A stretch of DNA of 64,000 bases from IMG/VR virus record IMGVR_UViG_3300037541_000522, positions 1-64,000 of that record; one strand, 5' to 3'. The first letter of the stretch is position 1. Each line of letters opens with the position of its first letter. Position numbers and translations under genes: made by a program. Source of the DNA: a virus. This document shows, piece by piece, positions 41,237 to 50,575 of this stretch. The notes below the pieces were generated by a model that saw only the letters and a program-made list of their open reading frames with translations, was not told where the DNA came from and searched no databases.

Positions 41237-41983
41237 TTAGGCAGCAGCTTTAGCCTCGGCCTTGGCTTTCTTGTCTGCGCCTTTGTAATCGGCAACATTA
41301 ATTCCGCGGCGGGTAAGAAGGGTACGAAGACCACGCTCAGTCTTATCAACTTCTTTGGCAATCTCTGCTACAGTCATAGTAGCAATACGACTACCAAGAG
41401 CAACGATAGGATCAACCTGATCTTTAGCATGGGACTCGCGCTGTGCGGGAATCTTAGCAATTTGACCTTTACGAGTAAGGCTAAGAGCCTTGCCACGTAC
41501 ACTTGCAACAGTCTTGTTAAGGGCAGCAGCAATATCCTCGATAAAGGCACCGCGCTCAGCCATTTGAACAAATTTTGCTTCTTCAGCTTCTGTGTAAGTA
41601 CGAGCAACTTCAACTTTCTCGGCAGGCTTTACAGCGCCGGTAAGTTCTAGGGCAAGAAGTTTACCCTGAATCTGTTTAGCAGTAAACTTGCCATCAGCAA
41701 AGTTTTCTGCAATTTCTTTGTAGGTATAACGACCAACATTATCCTCAACAAAGTTGGCAAGATCATCAGTCTCGTCTTCGGTGAAGGCAGTGGTCTTTTC
41801 TTTGGCCATGCTAGCAACATCACGGTCTAGCTGGCGGAGTTTAGCAGCAATACTACGAGTAGTGAATCCAAGGGTTTCGGCGGCTTCTTCAACTTTAGCT
41901 ACGCTAACGGGGCTTTGGCTACCAACGATTTGAAGCAGTTGGTCAACAACCTCGTCATTCCATTTTTTAGCTTTTTCAGTCAT
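41237..41983 (-). CDS. D5: T5 D5-like DNA-binding protein
   Basis: Repeated HTH-like units; IQGKLLALELT, SVRGKALSL, KTERGLRTLLTRRG. Confidence 0.85.
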   Translation of the reverse strand: MTEKAKKWNDEVVDQLLQIVGSQSPVSVAKVEEAAETLGFTTRSIAAKLRQLDRDVASMAKEKTTAFTEDETDDLANFVEDNVGRYTYKEIAENFADGKFTAKQIQGKLLALELTGAVKPAEKVEVARTYTEAEEAKFVQMAERGAFIEDIAAALNKTVASVRGKALSLTRKGQIAKIPAQRESHAKDQVDPIVALGSRIATMTVAEIAKEVDKTERGLRTLLTRRGINVADYKGADKKAKAEAKAAA

Positions 41984-42737
41984 CTTTATTTTCTTTCAAA
42001 AATTGTTGTAGGTCTGTGATAATTTTAATATTTAGTTCTTCGGCACGTTTACGCTTAGAACTAGATTTGTCAGATTCGTCAACTAGAAAGTCTAGGGATT
42101 TGGTTACAGTTTCGGAAATTTTAAATCCAAGCTGTTCAAGTTGATCGTATGCTTCTTGTTTTGTTTTGAAACTTTTTAGTTTACCAGTAATACAAATAGT
42201 TTTTCTATCTTCTAGGGCATCTACTACATGGTTAGAGTGAAATGAGAACGGCAGAAATTCTCTCATTTCTTGAAAATCTGTTTGAATCCAATTCATAAGA
42301 TTTTCGGTGGCTTTTTCCCCTAAACCAGCTTCACGGCATTTTTCTGTGGTAAGTTCGTCAATATGACTGATTACTTTAGAAACTTTCTGTGATGCGGTGT
42401 TACCAATTAAGGGAATACTAAAACTTGCTAGGACTTCGGCTAGACTTGCACTACGGCTGCGATTGATTTCATCAATCAGTTTCTCAGCCATACGCTCACT
42501 GCCCAAGCACTCAGCAATCTCACTTTCCTCTAGGTAGTAGAGTTCAGTAATATCTGCCAGTTCTAGTTTTTCTATAGTCTTAGAACCCATGCCCTTGATA
42601 CCAAGGGTTTTGCAGAAGTGTTCTAACTTTTTATCAAGCTGAGCACTACAAGCCTGATTCCGGCAAAACAGCTGGTCATTAACCCACTCAAGTGGGTATT
42701 CACAACACGGACAATTTGTGGGAATCGTGATTTTCAT
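41976..42737 (-). CDS. NAD-dependent DNA ligase, subunit B (Zn finger, HhH, BRCT)
   Basis: CPCC...C....C, IKGMG, ICITGKL. Confidence 0.88.
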   Translation of the reverse strand: MKITIPTNCPCCEYPLEWVNDQLFCRNQACSAQLDKKLEHFCKTLGIKGMGSKTIEKLELADITELYYLEESEIAECLGSERMAEKLIDEINRSRSASLAEVLASFSIPLIGNTASQKVSKVISHIDELTTEKCREAGLGEKATENLMNWIQTDFQEMREFLPFSFHSNHVVDALEDRKTICITGKLKSFKTKQEAYDQLEQLGFKISETVTKSLDFLVDESDKSSSKRKRAEELNIKIITDLQQFLKENKDD

Positions 42738-42763
42738 GGGGTTTTATCCAACAGAATATAAAT

Positions 42764-42792
42764 ATTATACACTAATTGTATAGGCTTAGCAA
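42764..42792 (-). promoter_or_regulatory. sigma70-type promoter
   Basis: TTGCTA-17-TATAAT. Confidence 0.75.
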
Positions 42793-42824
42793 GTCTAAAT
42801 TTTACTTGCCCGAGCCTGATAAAT

Positions 42825-43781
42825 TTAGGCATCTACTTTGTGCAGCACACAGGGAATGATTTCTCCAGCCCTGATTACAGCTACCCTGTCGCCAATTTCA
42901 AGGCCCAGTGCTTCGATAAAGCCTGGATTGTTTAGGGTAGCTCGGCTCACTTGTGCATCGCCAATCATAACAGGTTCTAGAATAGCCACAGGGGTAACCT
43001 TGCCAGTTTTACCTACTTGCCATTCTACGCCTAAGAGTGTAGTTTCTACGTGTTCAGCTCGTTCTTTTCTAGCGTATGCACCACGGGGATGCTTGCTAGT
43101 ATAGCCCAAGGCTTCAAACTCTTGGTTTGAGTCACAACGAAATACTACACCATCACAAGGATAAATTTTATCTAAGTCTGCTTCCAAGACAGTTTGAAAA
43201 CCCTGCTTACGCAGCCATTTCATATCTTGCGAATATGAGTCTGACCAGTGCGGGAATAAGCCATAGGCAAAGAAACTAATGGCTCGCGTTCTAAATTCAT
43301 CTAGATCCTTTAGATTAAGGGAGCCAGCGGCATAGTTTCGGCTATTTTCAATATGGCTTGGAGCAACAATTTCTCCGGTAATTTGGAGAATAGGCGTATA
43401 GGAAATTTTATGCGGTACTAGGTTAGTTGACAACAGCTTGTCAGTAATCAGTTGACCCTCTACTCCATCGCCCCGAGTAAGTGCTTGAACTAACTCGCCG
43501 TTGATGTAAAGCAGTGAGATGGCTGCGCCATCAAGTTTGGGAGTAACACTAACTTCCCGAACGCCTTCTAGTGGATTACGCTGACCCTCATCATCATAGA
43601 ATTTCTGCAGACTATACATTTGCCTAAAGTGTTTAGCCTTATTGGTCTGCGGAGCACTACCTACCTCGCCGTAGCCAATCAACTCAGCAAGACTATCAAA
43701 CTGCTTATCACTAATAATAGGCCAGCCGTCGTAATAGTGCTTGCTTGCTGTGTCAAGAAATTCTTTGAGTTTGTTTGTCAT
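42825..43781 (-). CDS. NAD-dependent DNA ligase, subunit A (adenylation + OB)
   Basis: KLDG, LTRGDG..G, DGVV, WQVGKTG.VTPVA. Confidence 0.92.
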   Translation of the reverse strand: MTNKLKEFLDTASKHYYDGWPIISDKQFDSLAELIGYGEVGSAPQTNKAKHFRQMYSLQKFYDDEGQRNPLEGVREVSVTPKLDGAAISLLYINGELVQALTRGDGVEGQLITDKLLSTNLVPHKISYTPILQITGEIVAPSHIENSRNYAAGSLNLKDLDEFRTRAISFFAYGLFPHWSDSYSQDMKWLRKQGFQTVLEADLDKIYPCDGVVFRCDSNQEFEALGYTSKHPRGAYARKERAEHVETTLLGVEWQVGKTGKVTPVAILEPVMIGDAQVSRATLNNPGFIEALGLEIGDRVAVIRAGEIIPCVLHKVDA

Positions 43782-43805
43782 GTTAAACTTTCACAAGAGT
43801 TTAAT

Positions 43806-43834
43806 ATTATAACAGTTTAGGGTCGTGTGGTCAA
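43806..43834 (-). promoter_or_regulatory. sigma70-type promoter
   Basis: TTGACC-17-TATAAT. Confidence 0.8.
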
Positions 43835-43835
43835 G

Positions 43836-44117
43836 TTAGGATTTCTTGAGCTGGTTATGGTAGTGCTCAATGATTTCCTCACCCTCTGCTTCAGCGCAGA
43901 TTTCCATCATGCCGTCAAGAAGGTTGTAAATATTCTCCATACTAGCTGGGAAACTTACACCTTCTCGGCTGGCAACCCACTCGCCTTCATAGCTTAAAAA
44001 GTATTTTCGGAGTTGAATATAGATTGTTTCCCTGAAGTCATTGACCACCAGTTTGATCTGAAAGCCTTTTTCCAAGTTTTCTTCTATAAGTTTTTCATAG
44101 ATAATGTTATTATCCAT
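43836..44117 (-). CDS. PC4-like ssDNA-binding protein
   Basis: VNDFR...YIQLRKYF....GEW....EGVS. Confidence 0.75.
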   Translation of the reverse strand: MDNNIIYEKLIEENLEKGFQIKLVVNDFRETIYIQLRKYFLSYEGEWVASREGVSFPASMENIYNLLDGMMEICAEAEGEEIIEHYHNQLKKS

Positions 44118-44740
44118 TAGAATTGAACTCCAACTTCTTTTAAGTGCTTAAGAGAGGCTAATTCACAGGCTGGTTGGTAGGCATACTGTAGCCACTTTTC
44201 ATTAGTTAGCCATACACGGTAAACCCAGCCATAAGTAGGATCAGGCAGTTCTGTAATAATTTTTGCAGTAGAATCATATCTGCTGCTATATACAGTTTCT
44301 CCTACTTCAAACTTATCCTGCATTGCGCCTTCAGGAATAAGTTGGGGATGAAAATAGTCGTGAGAACTATTTCGTTTTGGAACGTGGTTTTCTTCTAGAA
44401 TTCGTTTAATGAATTCCCCACCACGATACGTGGACCTAGAAATACCCTCAATGGTATTACCCTCAAGATATTCACGAATAATAAATCCGGTTTCTTGTTG
44501 GGTTGCAGGTTTTCCACGTAGTGCTGCCCGACGCTCACCATCTCGACGTTGACGCTCTTTGAACTGTTCAAGAAGTGTTTCTAGGCGTGAAGTGTTATAG
44601 TTCATGCCTAGAATCGCGCAAGCTTCTTTTTTGGTTATAGGCTTAGTGTTGGCATCTTTAGGCTCAAGTAGACCAATAACCTTTTGTAGATTAGTGTCTG
44701 TCATACGCTCTTGTTCAAGAGCTGATCGTTTCTTTGCCAT
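44117..44740 (-). CDS. Conserved T5-like hypothetical (possible DNA-binding) protein
   Basis: ITKKEACAILGMNYNTSRL; synteny. Confidence 0.65.
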   Translation of the reverse strand: MAKKRSALEQERMTDTNLQKVIGLLEPKDANTKPITKKEACAILGMNYNTSRLETLLEQFKERQRRDGERRAALRGKPATQQETGFIIREYLEGNTIEGISRSTYRGGEFIKRILEENHVPKRNSSHDYFHPQLIPEGAMQDKFEVGETVYSSRYDSTAKIITELPDPTYGWVYRVWLTNEKWLQYAYQPACELASLKHLKEVGVQF

Positions 44741-44786
44741 AGCCTATAACCTCGAAAAATAAGGGCAGCAATGGCTGCCCGGAATA

Positions 44787-45152
44787 TTAAGCCTTGATAA
44801 CACTCAACAGGTAAACAGCAGCTTTACCAGTCAGTTTGCCAAGAATATCCTCGTCGATAGGAGCACCCTTGGCTTCGATAGCTTTGGTAAGCTCAGCAAT
44901 AGCTGCTTCTTTGCTTACACGCTTAGTGCCTTCGCCGGTTTTGGCGGTACTGCCGCCCTTGCTAGTGCTGGCGGAGGCTTCTTTCTTAACATAGACACCC
45001 GCTTGAACAAGAACCATGCGAACACCGTTAGGTGAGGCTTCGATCTCGTCAGCAATGTCTTTGATAATCTCAGTGCTGCTCTCAGGGGTAGGATCAGCAT
45101 CTTGATACATTTTAACAACTTGTTCTTTAAGTTCAGGAGTCCATTGAGTCAT
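44787..45152 (-). CDS. D3: T5 D3-like protein
   Basis: WTPELKE, NGVRMVL..AGVYVKK, KLTGKAA. Confidence 0.8.
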   Translation of the reverse strand: MTQWTPELKEQVVKMYQDADPTPESSTEIIKDIADEIEASPNGVRMVLVQAGVYVKKEASASTSKGGSTAKTGEGTKRVSKEAAIAELTKAIEAKGAPIDEDILGKLTGKAAVYLLSVIKA

Positions 45153-45161
45153 TTTTAATCC

Positions 45162-45419
45162 TTAGTGTATATTGTCTTTGTCAGAGCGTAAGTTTCCGGT
45201 TTTTGTAAGTTCGTATTCAATTAGTTTGTTATATGCTGCATCAAAACTTGCGGCTAAAATGTAAAGTTTTTCTGTAGGTATTAAGCTAGGTGGTAACATA
45301 GCTGGAATAGTTTTATTTTGTCGGCAAGTTTCGTCAATAATTGCGCCTAATTGAATGGCGATTTTAGCTGCTTCTTGAAGTGTTATGGCATCCCATATTC
45401 TGAATGGTTTATCTGTCAT
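45162..45419 (-). CDS. Hypothetical protein
   Basis: ORF in operon. Confidence 0.55.
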   Translation of the reverse strand: MTDKPFRIWDAITLQEAAKIAIQLGAIIDETCRQNKTIPAMLPPSLIPTEKLYILAASFDAAYNKLIEYELTKTGNLRSDKDNIH

Positions 45420-45688
45420 ACTAAAGTAGTTTCGGTAATTTGCATCCGATCAGGAACAAACTGCCGATAATTGTGTTTAAGATCATGGCGAGCCATTAGC
45501 TGCATAATTTCTTCATGTTGACGATTCTTTACTTGACGATACTCGTCCAAGAAAAGTGCAAAGCTAGACTCATCAAGTTGAGTGAGATCAATACCAGCGT
45601 AATTACGCTGAGGTTCTTGCAGTACCATAACAGCACGTTGTGATTGGGAACCATCTTGTTTTGTGTAATTGAATTCTACAAGTTTCAT
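45416..45688 (-). CDS. Hypothetical protein (FNYTKQDGS.S.R, WYL-like)
   Basis: ORF downstream of a promoter. Confidence 0.6.
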   Translation of the reverse strand: MKLVEFNYTKQDGSQSQRAVMVLQEPQRNYAGIDLTQLDESSFALFLDEYRQVKNRQHEEIMQLMARHDLKHNYRQFVPDRMQITETTLV

Positions 45689-45717
45689 AGTCTGTGTTTT
45701 CCTAATGAAGAAATAAT

Positions 45718-45746
45718 ATTATAGCAATATATGGCACACGATTCAA
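45718..45746 (-). promoter_or_regulatory. sigma70-type promoter
   Basis: TTGAAT-17-TATAAT. Confidence 0.75.
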
Positions 45747-45757
45747 GATTAAATTTT

Positions 45758-46018
45758 TTAATCTTCGTTAATTGCTCGCCGCATTCCTGCTCTAGCCGAT
45801 TCAAACATTGATGGAATAAATACTATTGGAAGTACGATAGGAGCCATTAGTGTGTTTAGCAAAATAAACACTACAGAGCTTAACTTGGGACTACGAGTAA
45901 TATCGTTAATTACTCCTGCCTGAATAGCCTCTCTAACTAAGGGTCTAAACATAAACCACCAACTAACAATGCTAGTAGCTAGTGCAATTGAAAAATATAC
46001 TATAATAATTTCATGCAT
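45758..46018 (-). CDS. Two-TM membrane protein
   Basis: Two hydrophobic segments. Confidence 0.6.
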   Translation of the reverse strand: MHEIIIVYFSIALATSIVSWWFMFRPLVREAIQAGVINDITRSPKLSSVVFILLNTLMAPIVLPIVFIPSMFESARAGMRRAINED

Positions 46019-46021
46019 AGA

Positions 46022-46333
46022 TTACCAGCAATCGCCAATTACTTCTTCGCTATCTCCCTCTACCTTTTCTTCAAGCTCTTTGCCGCGCTTAATATCATCG
46101 TTCATATCCCGTACACGAACTAGTGCATCAATAAGTTCATTAATATGGTCAATGCTAACTGGAACTTCTCGATCACAGGTATCACGCAACATTACGTCTT
46201 CCATACCACCGTTATTAGTGCCCCACTCAAGCTCGTAATAAAAGTATTTAGTAGGTGCTTCATCAGTAGTAAACAGCTCATCTGCATCAAGCTCGCTGGG
46301 ATCGTAGTCTACTGCGCCAAAAAAGATTTTCAT
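46022..46333 (-). CDS. Acidic hypothetical protein
   Basis: Start at MKIFF with aagga RBS. Confidence 0.6.
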   Translation of the reverse strand: MKIFFGAVDYDPSELDADELFTTDEAPTKYFYYELEWGTNNGGMEDVMLRDTCDREVPVSIDHINELIDALVRVRDMNDDIKRGKELEEKVEGDSEEVIGDCW

Positions 46334-46343
46334 TTGTGTTTCC

Positions 46344-46538
46344 TTAGTTAATTTCAATAAAGTTAATTGCAATATCTTGATCTGTACACCACTCTAAGAG
46401 TTTGTCTAGGGTAGCAATACCGGGCGGTTTTGCGCCTAAGTAGTTAACTACAGCATCAAAATCTGTATCCGCGTGTATGATTTTTTGATCTACAGTTCCG
46501 GTATGATTCATGTAGCTAGCTACAATATATTTGCTCAA
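46344..46538 (-). CDS. Hypothetical protein
   Basis: ORF track. Confidence 0.5.
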   Translation of the reverse strand: MSKYIVASYMNHTGTVDQKIIHADTDFDAVVNYLGAKPPGIATLDKLLEWCTDQDIAINFIEIN

Positions 46539-46780
46539 CTTGGATCTCCTAGTAGTTTAAGATTTAGGGTAAAGTTTTCTACTGTTGTTCTGACTAGAGT
46601 AGCTAAGATTAGCATTTCTCGTTCAGTTTCAGGATAGCCAAACAGGTCTACTAGTCCGTTTGCGATTAGCAAATAAGCACTGTTTTCATCTACGCTTAGC
46701 ATACCCCAGTCAATAGGATCGTTAACTTCTTCCTCTTGTGCTAGTTCAATAATTTGTGCTAATTGTGGAATATTATTCAT
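46535..46780 (-). CDS. Hypothetical protein
   Basis: ORF track. Confidence 0.55.
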   Translation of the reverse strand: MNNIPQLAQIIELAQEEEVNDPIDWGMLSVDENSAYLLIANGLVDLFGYPETEREMLILATLVRTTVENFTLNLKLLGDPS

Positions 46781-46785
46781 AGTAT

Positions 46786-46863
46786 TGGTGGGCCCCCTGG
46801 GAGTCGAACCCAGTACCTGCCGATTATGAGTCGGATGCTCTAACCACCGTGAGCTAGAGGCCC
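46786..46863 (-). tRNA. tRNA-Ile2 (CAT, lysidine type) or Met
   Basis: GGGCCTCTAGCTCA...CTCATAA...GGTTCGACT...GGCCCACCA; ileX-like body. Confidence 0.85.
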
Positions 46864-46870
46864 GTATAGG

Positions 46871-47074
46871 TTACATAAATGCTGCCCACAGCAGCGGCAT
46901 GAAAAGTAGAACACCAAAAAACACAGCAACAATCCAACCTGGATCTTTGAGTGTAAGTACGGTTTGTTTGCTGACAGGAACCCCTGCATATTCTACAGTA
47001 TTTTGTGTGTTAGTATTAGTTAGGGTTTCTGAGCTACGTGGCCACGGCCAACTTTTATTTTGCACTTTTTGCAA
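46871..47074 (-). CDS. Small membrane protein
   Basis: C-terminal TM. Confidence 0.45.
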   Translation of the reverse strand: MQKVQNKSWPWPRSSETLTNTNTQNTVEYAGVPVSKQTVLTLKDPGWIVAVFFGVLLFMPLLWAAFM

Positions 47075-47591
47075 TCCTTTTATTTATATCTGCTAGGCTG
47101 ACCGGAGTATAGTTGTCAAGGCACTCCATGCTAACATTTATGTAACGTGGGTCTGGGTGGCCGTTTGGTAAGAGCACTCGTTTGTAGTGCAGGTGTCCGT
47201 GTAAGTTAGTGCCCCAGCGATCCAAACTCTCTGGATGTATAGGCACATGAGTCATTACTACACCGTACCTATGGCATACTCCACGAACATCATCAAAGTA
47301 TTGTGCATACTGTGCTAGCTTACACTCGTCGTGATTACCACGGATCAATATTTTTATACCGTTAAGACGACCTAGAATTTCTAGTCCTGTTGCATTCTTA
47401 GTCATGCAAACATCGCCTAGGAAGTATACTTTGTCATCAGGTTTGACCACACTGTTGTGTTGAGCAATAATGTGCTCGTGCATATGGTTAATGCCATTAA
47501 AACTACGTAGTTGTGTGCCGTCACTTCTAAGAAACTTTAAGATGTTCTCGTGATGAAAGTGATGGTCACTAGCAAAAAATACATTGCTCAT
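47055..47591 (-). CDS. Calcineurin-like metallophosphoesterase
   Basis: SDHHF.H, LGD, GNHD, THVP, HGHLH. Confidence 0.9.
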   Translation of the reverse strand: MSNVFFASDHHFHHENILKFLRSDGTQLRSFNGINHMHEHIIAQHNSVVKPDDKVYFLGDVCMTKNATGLEILGRLNGIKILIRGNHDECKLAQYAQYFDDVRGVCHRYGVVMTHVPIHPESLDRWGTNLHGHLHYKRVLLPNGHPDPRYINVSMECLDNYTPVSLADINKRIAKSAK

Positions 47592-47635
47592 TTTTAAACC
47601 TTAAAAATAATGCCCAGCCTGTGTGACATTTTTAT

Positions 47636-47664
47636 ATTATATCACACTGACTGGGCCTGTGCAA
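47636..47664 (-). promoter_or_regulatory. sigma70-type promoter
   Basis: TTGCAC-17-TATAAT. Confidence 0.75.
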
Positions 47665-47674
47665 GTTTAAGTTT

Positions 47675-47749
47675 TGGTAGTACCTGAGGGTTTCGAACCC
47701 ACGACCCTCTCGGTGTAAACGAGATGCTCTACCACTGAGCTAAGGTACT
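47675..47749 (-). tRNA. tRNA-Val (TAC)
   Basis: Cloverleaf, TTTACAC loop, encoded CCA. Confidence 0.92.
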
Positions 47750-48317
47750 AGGGATTTGCTAGGTAAAAAGCTAGGGCAAAGCCTAGTGGAGTCATACTAC
47801 GCAATTCTTTAGTTCGTTCTGATTTACCACCTAATTGCATTATTGGCGATTTAGGGTCGGGATCAACTGGTGATTGAGGCAGGTCACGATTAAATGTGCC
47901 CCACAATCCTGTTTTCTTGGTGTAGGCGTCACCAAACCACCACGGCTGAAAGTACCAAGGTGTGCCTAGTTCTGGCCTAAGTTTTGCTAGTCTACCCACA
48001 GGATTTTCAATCACCCACCATTTGGGTTCATGATAGCTTATGATTTCTAGGGTTTTATCTACTAGCTGTAGGCTCTGCTGGGTACGCCCATCCCTATCTT
48101 TTTGCCCCCAGTACTGAGCACCACTACTAGCAAAGTCTGTGCAAGGTGGAGCAGCTAGGATGCCGTGTATGGGTTGTGGTAAGTCGCCGGGAGTTATATC
48201 AAGTATATCAAGACCAAGTTTAACGTCTACTTGATATACGTCATATAATCCGCTGTCGCGGTAGTATTTAGGCCAATTGCCACTATAATCGAACAGGGAA
48301 AGTATAATTTTTTTCAT
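47748..48317 (-). CDS. C5-cytosine DNA methyltransferase-like protein (short)
   Basis: ILSLFDYSG (motif I variant), APPCTDF (PC), IENPVG (ENV-like); start at MKKII. Confidence 0.75.
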   Translation of the reverse strand: MKKIILSLFDYSGNWPKYYRDSGLYDVYQVDVKLGLDILDITPGDLPQPIHGILAAPPCTDFASSGAQYWGQKDRDGRTQQSLQLVDKTLEIISYHEPKWWVIENPVGRLAKLRPELGTPWYFQPWWFGDAYTKKTGLWGTFNRDLPQSPVDPDPKSPIMQLGGKSERTKELRSMTPLGFALAFYLANP

Positions 48318-48394
48318 GGAGCGGGTAGGGAGATTCGAACTCCTCACTTCGAGTTTGGAAGACTGGCGTGCTAACCGTTAAACACTATACCCGC
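48317..48394 (-). tRNA. tRNA-Gly (TCC)
   Basis: GCGGGTA...CTTCCAA...TACCCGCTCCA. Confidence 0.9.
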
Positions 48395-48557
48395 TAGTAT
48401 ACCTAACTTGTCTATAGAATAGTTTATTAACTACTTGTTCTCGTTGTTTGTCTGTGTATGCTGTCCAGTCTTGGATTTCTTCCCTAGTTCTCCAGCAGTC
48501 TATACATAGCTCTAGTTTAGGGTCTAGCCTACACACTTTAATACAAGGGGTAATCAT
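48378..48557 (-). CDS. DUF1289-like Cys protein (MITPCIKVCRLD...CIDCWRTREEI..W)
   Basis: Manual translation; PCxxxC...CxxCxRT..EI..W motif. Confidence 0.7.
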   Translation of the reverse strand: MITPCIKVCRLDPKLELCIDCWRTREEIQDWTAYTDKQREQVVNKLFYRQVRYTSGYSV

Positions 48558-48725
48558 ATTAGTCTAAGACTAGCACTTCTACATCCCAGAATCCCCACTC
48601 GTCCACAGTCCAATTTAGGAACATTTTAGTTGGTAGGGGAATAAGGTAGCCAGCACTGGGTGGAATTTTTGTTTGGTTCATTGGCGCAAATCTAAAAAGT
48701 AGAGGGTGCTGGGCACCCTCTATGT

Positions 48726-48815
48726 TGGCAGAAGCGGTGAGATTCGAACTCACGGACCCCTTACGGAATCGTCGGTTTTCAAGACCGGTGCCTTAAACCC
48801 CTCGACCACGCTTCT
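48726..48815 (-). tRNA. tRNA-Ser (TGA)
   Basis: Long variable arm, CTTGAAA loop, GCCA end. Confidence 0.92.
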
Positions 48816-49254
48816 AAAGATCAAGCTGTTGTTGTCCACCAATAGGAATACGCTTAGGCTTCAGGGTTTCTTGCAAGCCTAGGTAAACCTTTAACAAGCC
48901 GTCTTTAAGCTCGGCATGTAGGACTTCATACTGATTGTCTAGGAAAAAGCTACGAGTAAAGCCTCTGTAGGCAATACCTTGATGAATCCAAGCTGTATAA
49001 TCTTTATCTTCTTCCTGCTCAGACTTTTGAGCAGTAATTACAAGTTCGCCTTTTGATACTTCCAGACTAATCTCTGATTCCTTAAAACCAGCAACAGCTA
49101 GTTCTAGGAGATACTTGTGATCTTCTGCTTTGCGAACATTGTATGGTGGATAATTAACATTTGCTTTAGCAATCATTTGCGTATGCAATTTGTTAATGCG
49201 ATCTTGGGCTTCATCAAAGCCTAGAAAGTATTTATTAATATCTTTTAGTGTCAT
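48814..49254 (-). CDS. Small heat-shock protein (Hsp20/IbpA family)
   Basis: NYPPYN, ELAVAGF, HQGIAYRGFTRSF, AELKDGLL. Confidence 0.92.
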   Translation of the reverse strand: MTLKDINKYFLGFDEAQDRINKLHTQMIAKANVNYPPYNVRKAEDHKYLLELAVAGFKESEISLEVSKGELVITAQKSEQEEDKDYTAWIHQGIAYRGFTRSFFLDNQYEVLHAELKDGLLKVYLGLQETLKPKRIPIGGQQQLDL

Positions 49255-49310
49255 CTCATTCTCCTCGGTTGAGCAAGAATTGTTAATAAAAATGCCAAAT
49301 GGCCATTTAA

Positions 49311-49616
49311 GTCCAGGTTTTCTGTTACGAGGATAACCTGGAACCCTAAGCCGAGTTTAGGCGGCTAATGCGAACGTTTCATCGTTTGCGTTTAGTTTGT
49401 TTGCTTCTCTAGCCGGGTAGTCCCAGCCCTACGGCTTCTGCATTGCCGAGTTGTCCATCTTCCTACTCTGCACCCTGTCGAAACCATGACTAGCCCATCA
49501 GAAACATTCTCACGGTTTATCTTTCCGTTCCCAAATACATGGACAAAAATGTTTCTGGTGGACCAGGCGGGAGTCGAACCCGCGTCCAAAGCACCTTTGG
49601 GTTAACTTCATACAAC
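49311..49616 (-). ncRNA. ssrA: Circularly permuted two-piece tmRNA; tag ANDETFALAA
   Basis: Acceptor piece ...GACGCGGGTTCGACTCCCGCCTGGTCCACCA (ends 49556) precedes coding piece GGGCTAGTCATGGTTTCGAC (starts 49496). G3:U70 pair present; tag ORF at 49389-49357. Confidence 0.92.
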
Positions 49617-49800
49617 TATATCTTCTTTTGCGTAACACTACAACTACCAACTAGGGTTTTACCTTTAGTTTCGTAGTCTAGTTTAAGTTTGGCTAGTGCT
49701 TGTTCGCACTCAGCTCTGCTAGAGTATGCACCTCTAGTTCCGTGCTCGCCGCCAGTGCCTAACACAGAAAATAGTATAATCCATACCCAAGCCATAGTAT

Positions 49801-50190
49801 TTATCCTATATCTTGTGCCCAAGAATGCTGATTCCAGAACTCACTAACTTTTGCTTGGTCAAGACCACAAAACTCAGCAAATTTAGTTAGCAAGTTGTCA
49901 TCATGTTCAGCATCAAAAATGCTATTATGTATAGTCAGGTATCCTGCCATCTGTGCAGGAGCATAGGCTTCTGGCCCGAACTCAAACACATTGTAGAGAA
50001 CATACCTGTAAGTGCCCTTGTCCTCAATATCACCTTTGTAGATGCGACGACACACTGCACAGAATGCATCAAGCTGTTGCTCTTTGGTTAAACTATTCCA
50101 GTACTCCTCACTAGCCTGCTCAATATTTAGCATAGCTTTATTCCAAGCTTCGCCAATTTCACTTAGTGAATCTTTAAGTTCTTCGTTCAT
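49801..50190 (-). CDS. Hypothetical protein
   Basis: ORF track; GTYRYVLYNVFEFGPEAY. Confidence 0.65.
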   Translation of the reverse strand: MNEELKDSLSEIGEAWNKAMLNIEQASEEYWNSLTKEQQLDAFCAVCRRIYKGDIEDKGTYRYVLYNVFEFGPEAYAPAQMAGYLTIHNSIFDAEHDDNLLTKFAEFCGLDQAKVSEFWNQHSWAQDIG

Positions 50191-50202
50191 GATTATACTT
50201 AG

Positions 50203-50277
<75 letters not shown>

Positions 50278-50281
50278 GGTG

Positions 50282-50357
50282 TGGAGTAGATGACAGGACT
50301 CGAACCTGCATATACTGGATTTGCAATCCAGTCCCTAGCCTTTCGGGTCACATCTAC
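50282..50357 (-). tRNA. tRNA-Cys (GCA)
   Basis: TTGCAAA loop, U73 discriminator, CCA. Confidence 0.9.
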
Positions 50358-50575
50358 ATAATTCGGGGATCTAGCTTACGTTGGGTAACCAGCTGCTCAA
50401 ATGTTGCAAAGGTGCGCTCAAACTTAAGGTGATAAAGAGTCTTAAGTCCAAGTAAGAGATTATGCACATCGTCACTAAGTTCAAGACTATCAGTTTCCAT
50501 AATAGTCTGCAGATCATCGGTAATATGCCAGCAATCTAGGATTTCTTGTTCAAGATCAAAGCGGTCTTTAGTCAT
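50354..50575 (-). CDS. Hypothetical protein (DRFDLEQEILDCW)
   Basis: ORF track. Confidence 0.65.
   Translation of the reverse strand: MTKDRFDLEQEILDCWHITDDLQTIMETDSLELSDDVHNLLLGLKTLYHLKFERTFATFEQLVTQRKLDPRIM

Noticed and set aside
24838-43781. Introns, inteins or homing endonucleases in nrdJ, polA, helicases or ligase
   Set aside because: ORFs are uninterrupted and of expected length, with no intein or HNH/GIY-YIG motifs seen.
49392-49589. 65-aa ORF
   Set aside because: Overlaps the tmRNA structure; spurious.
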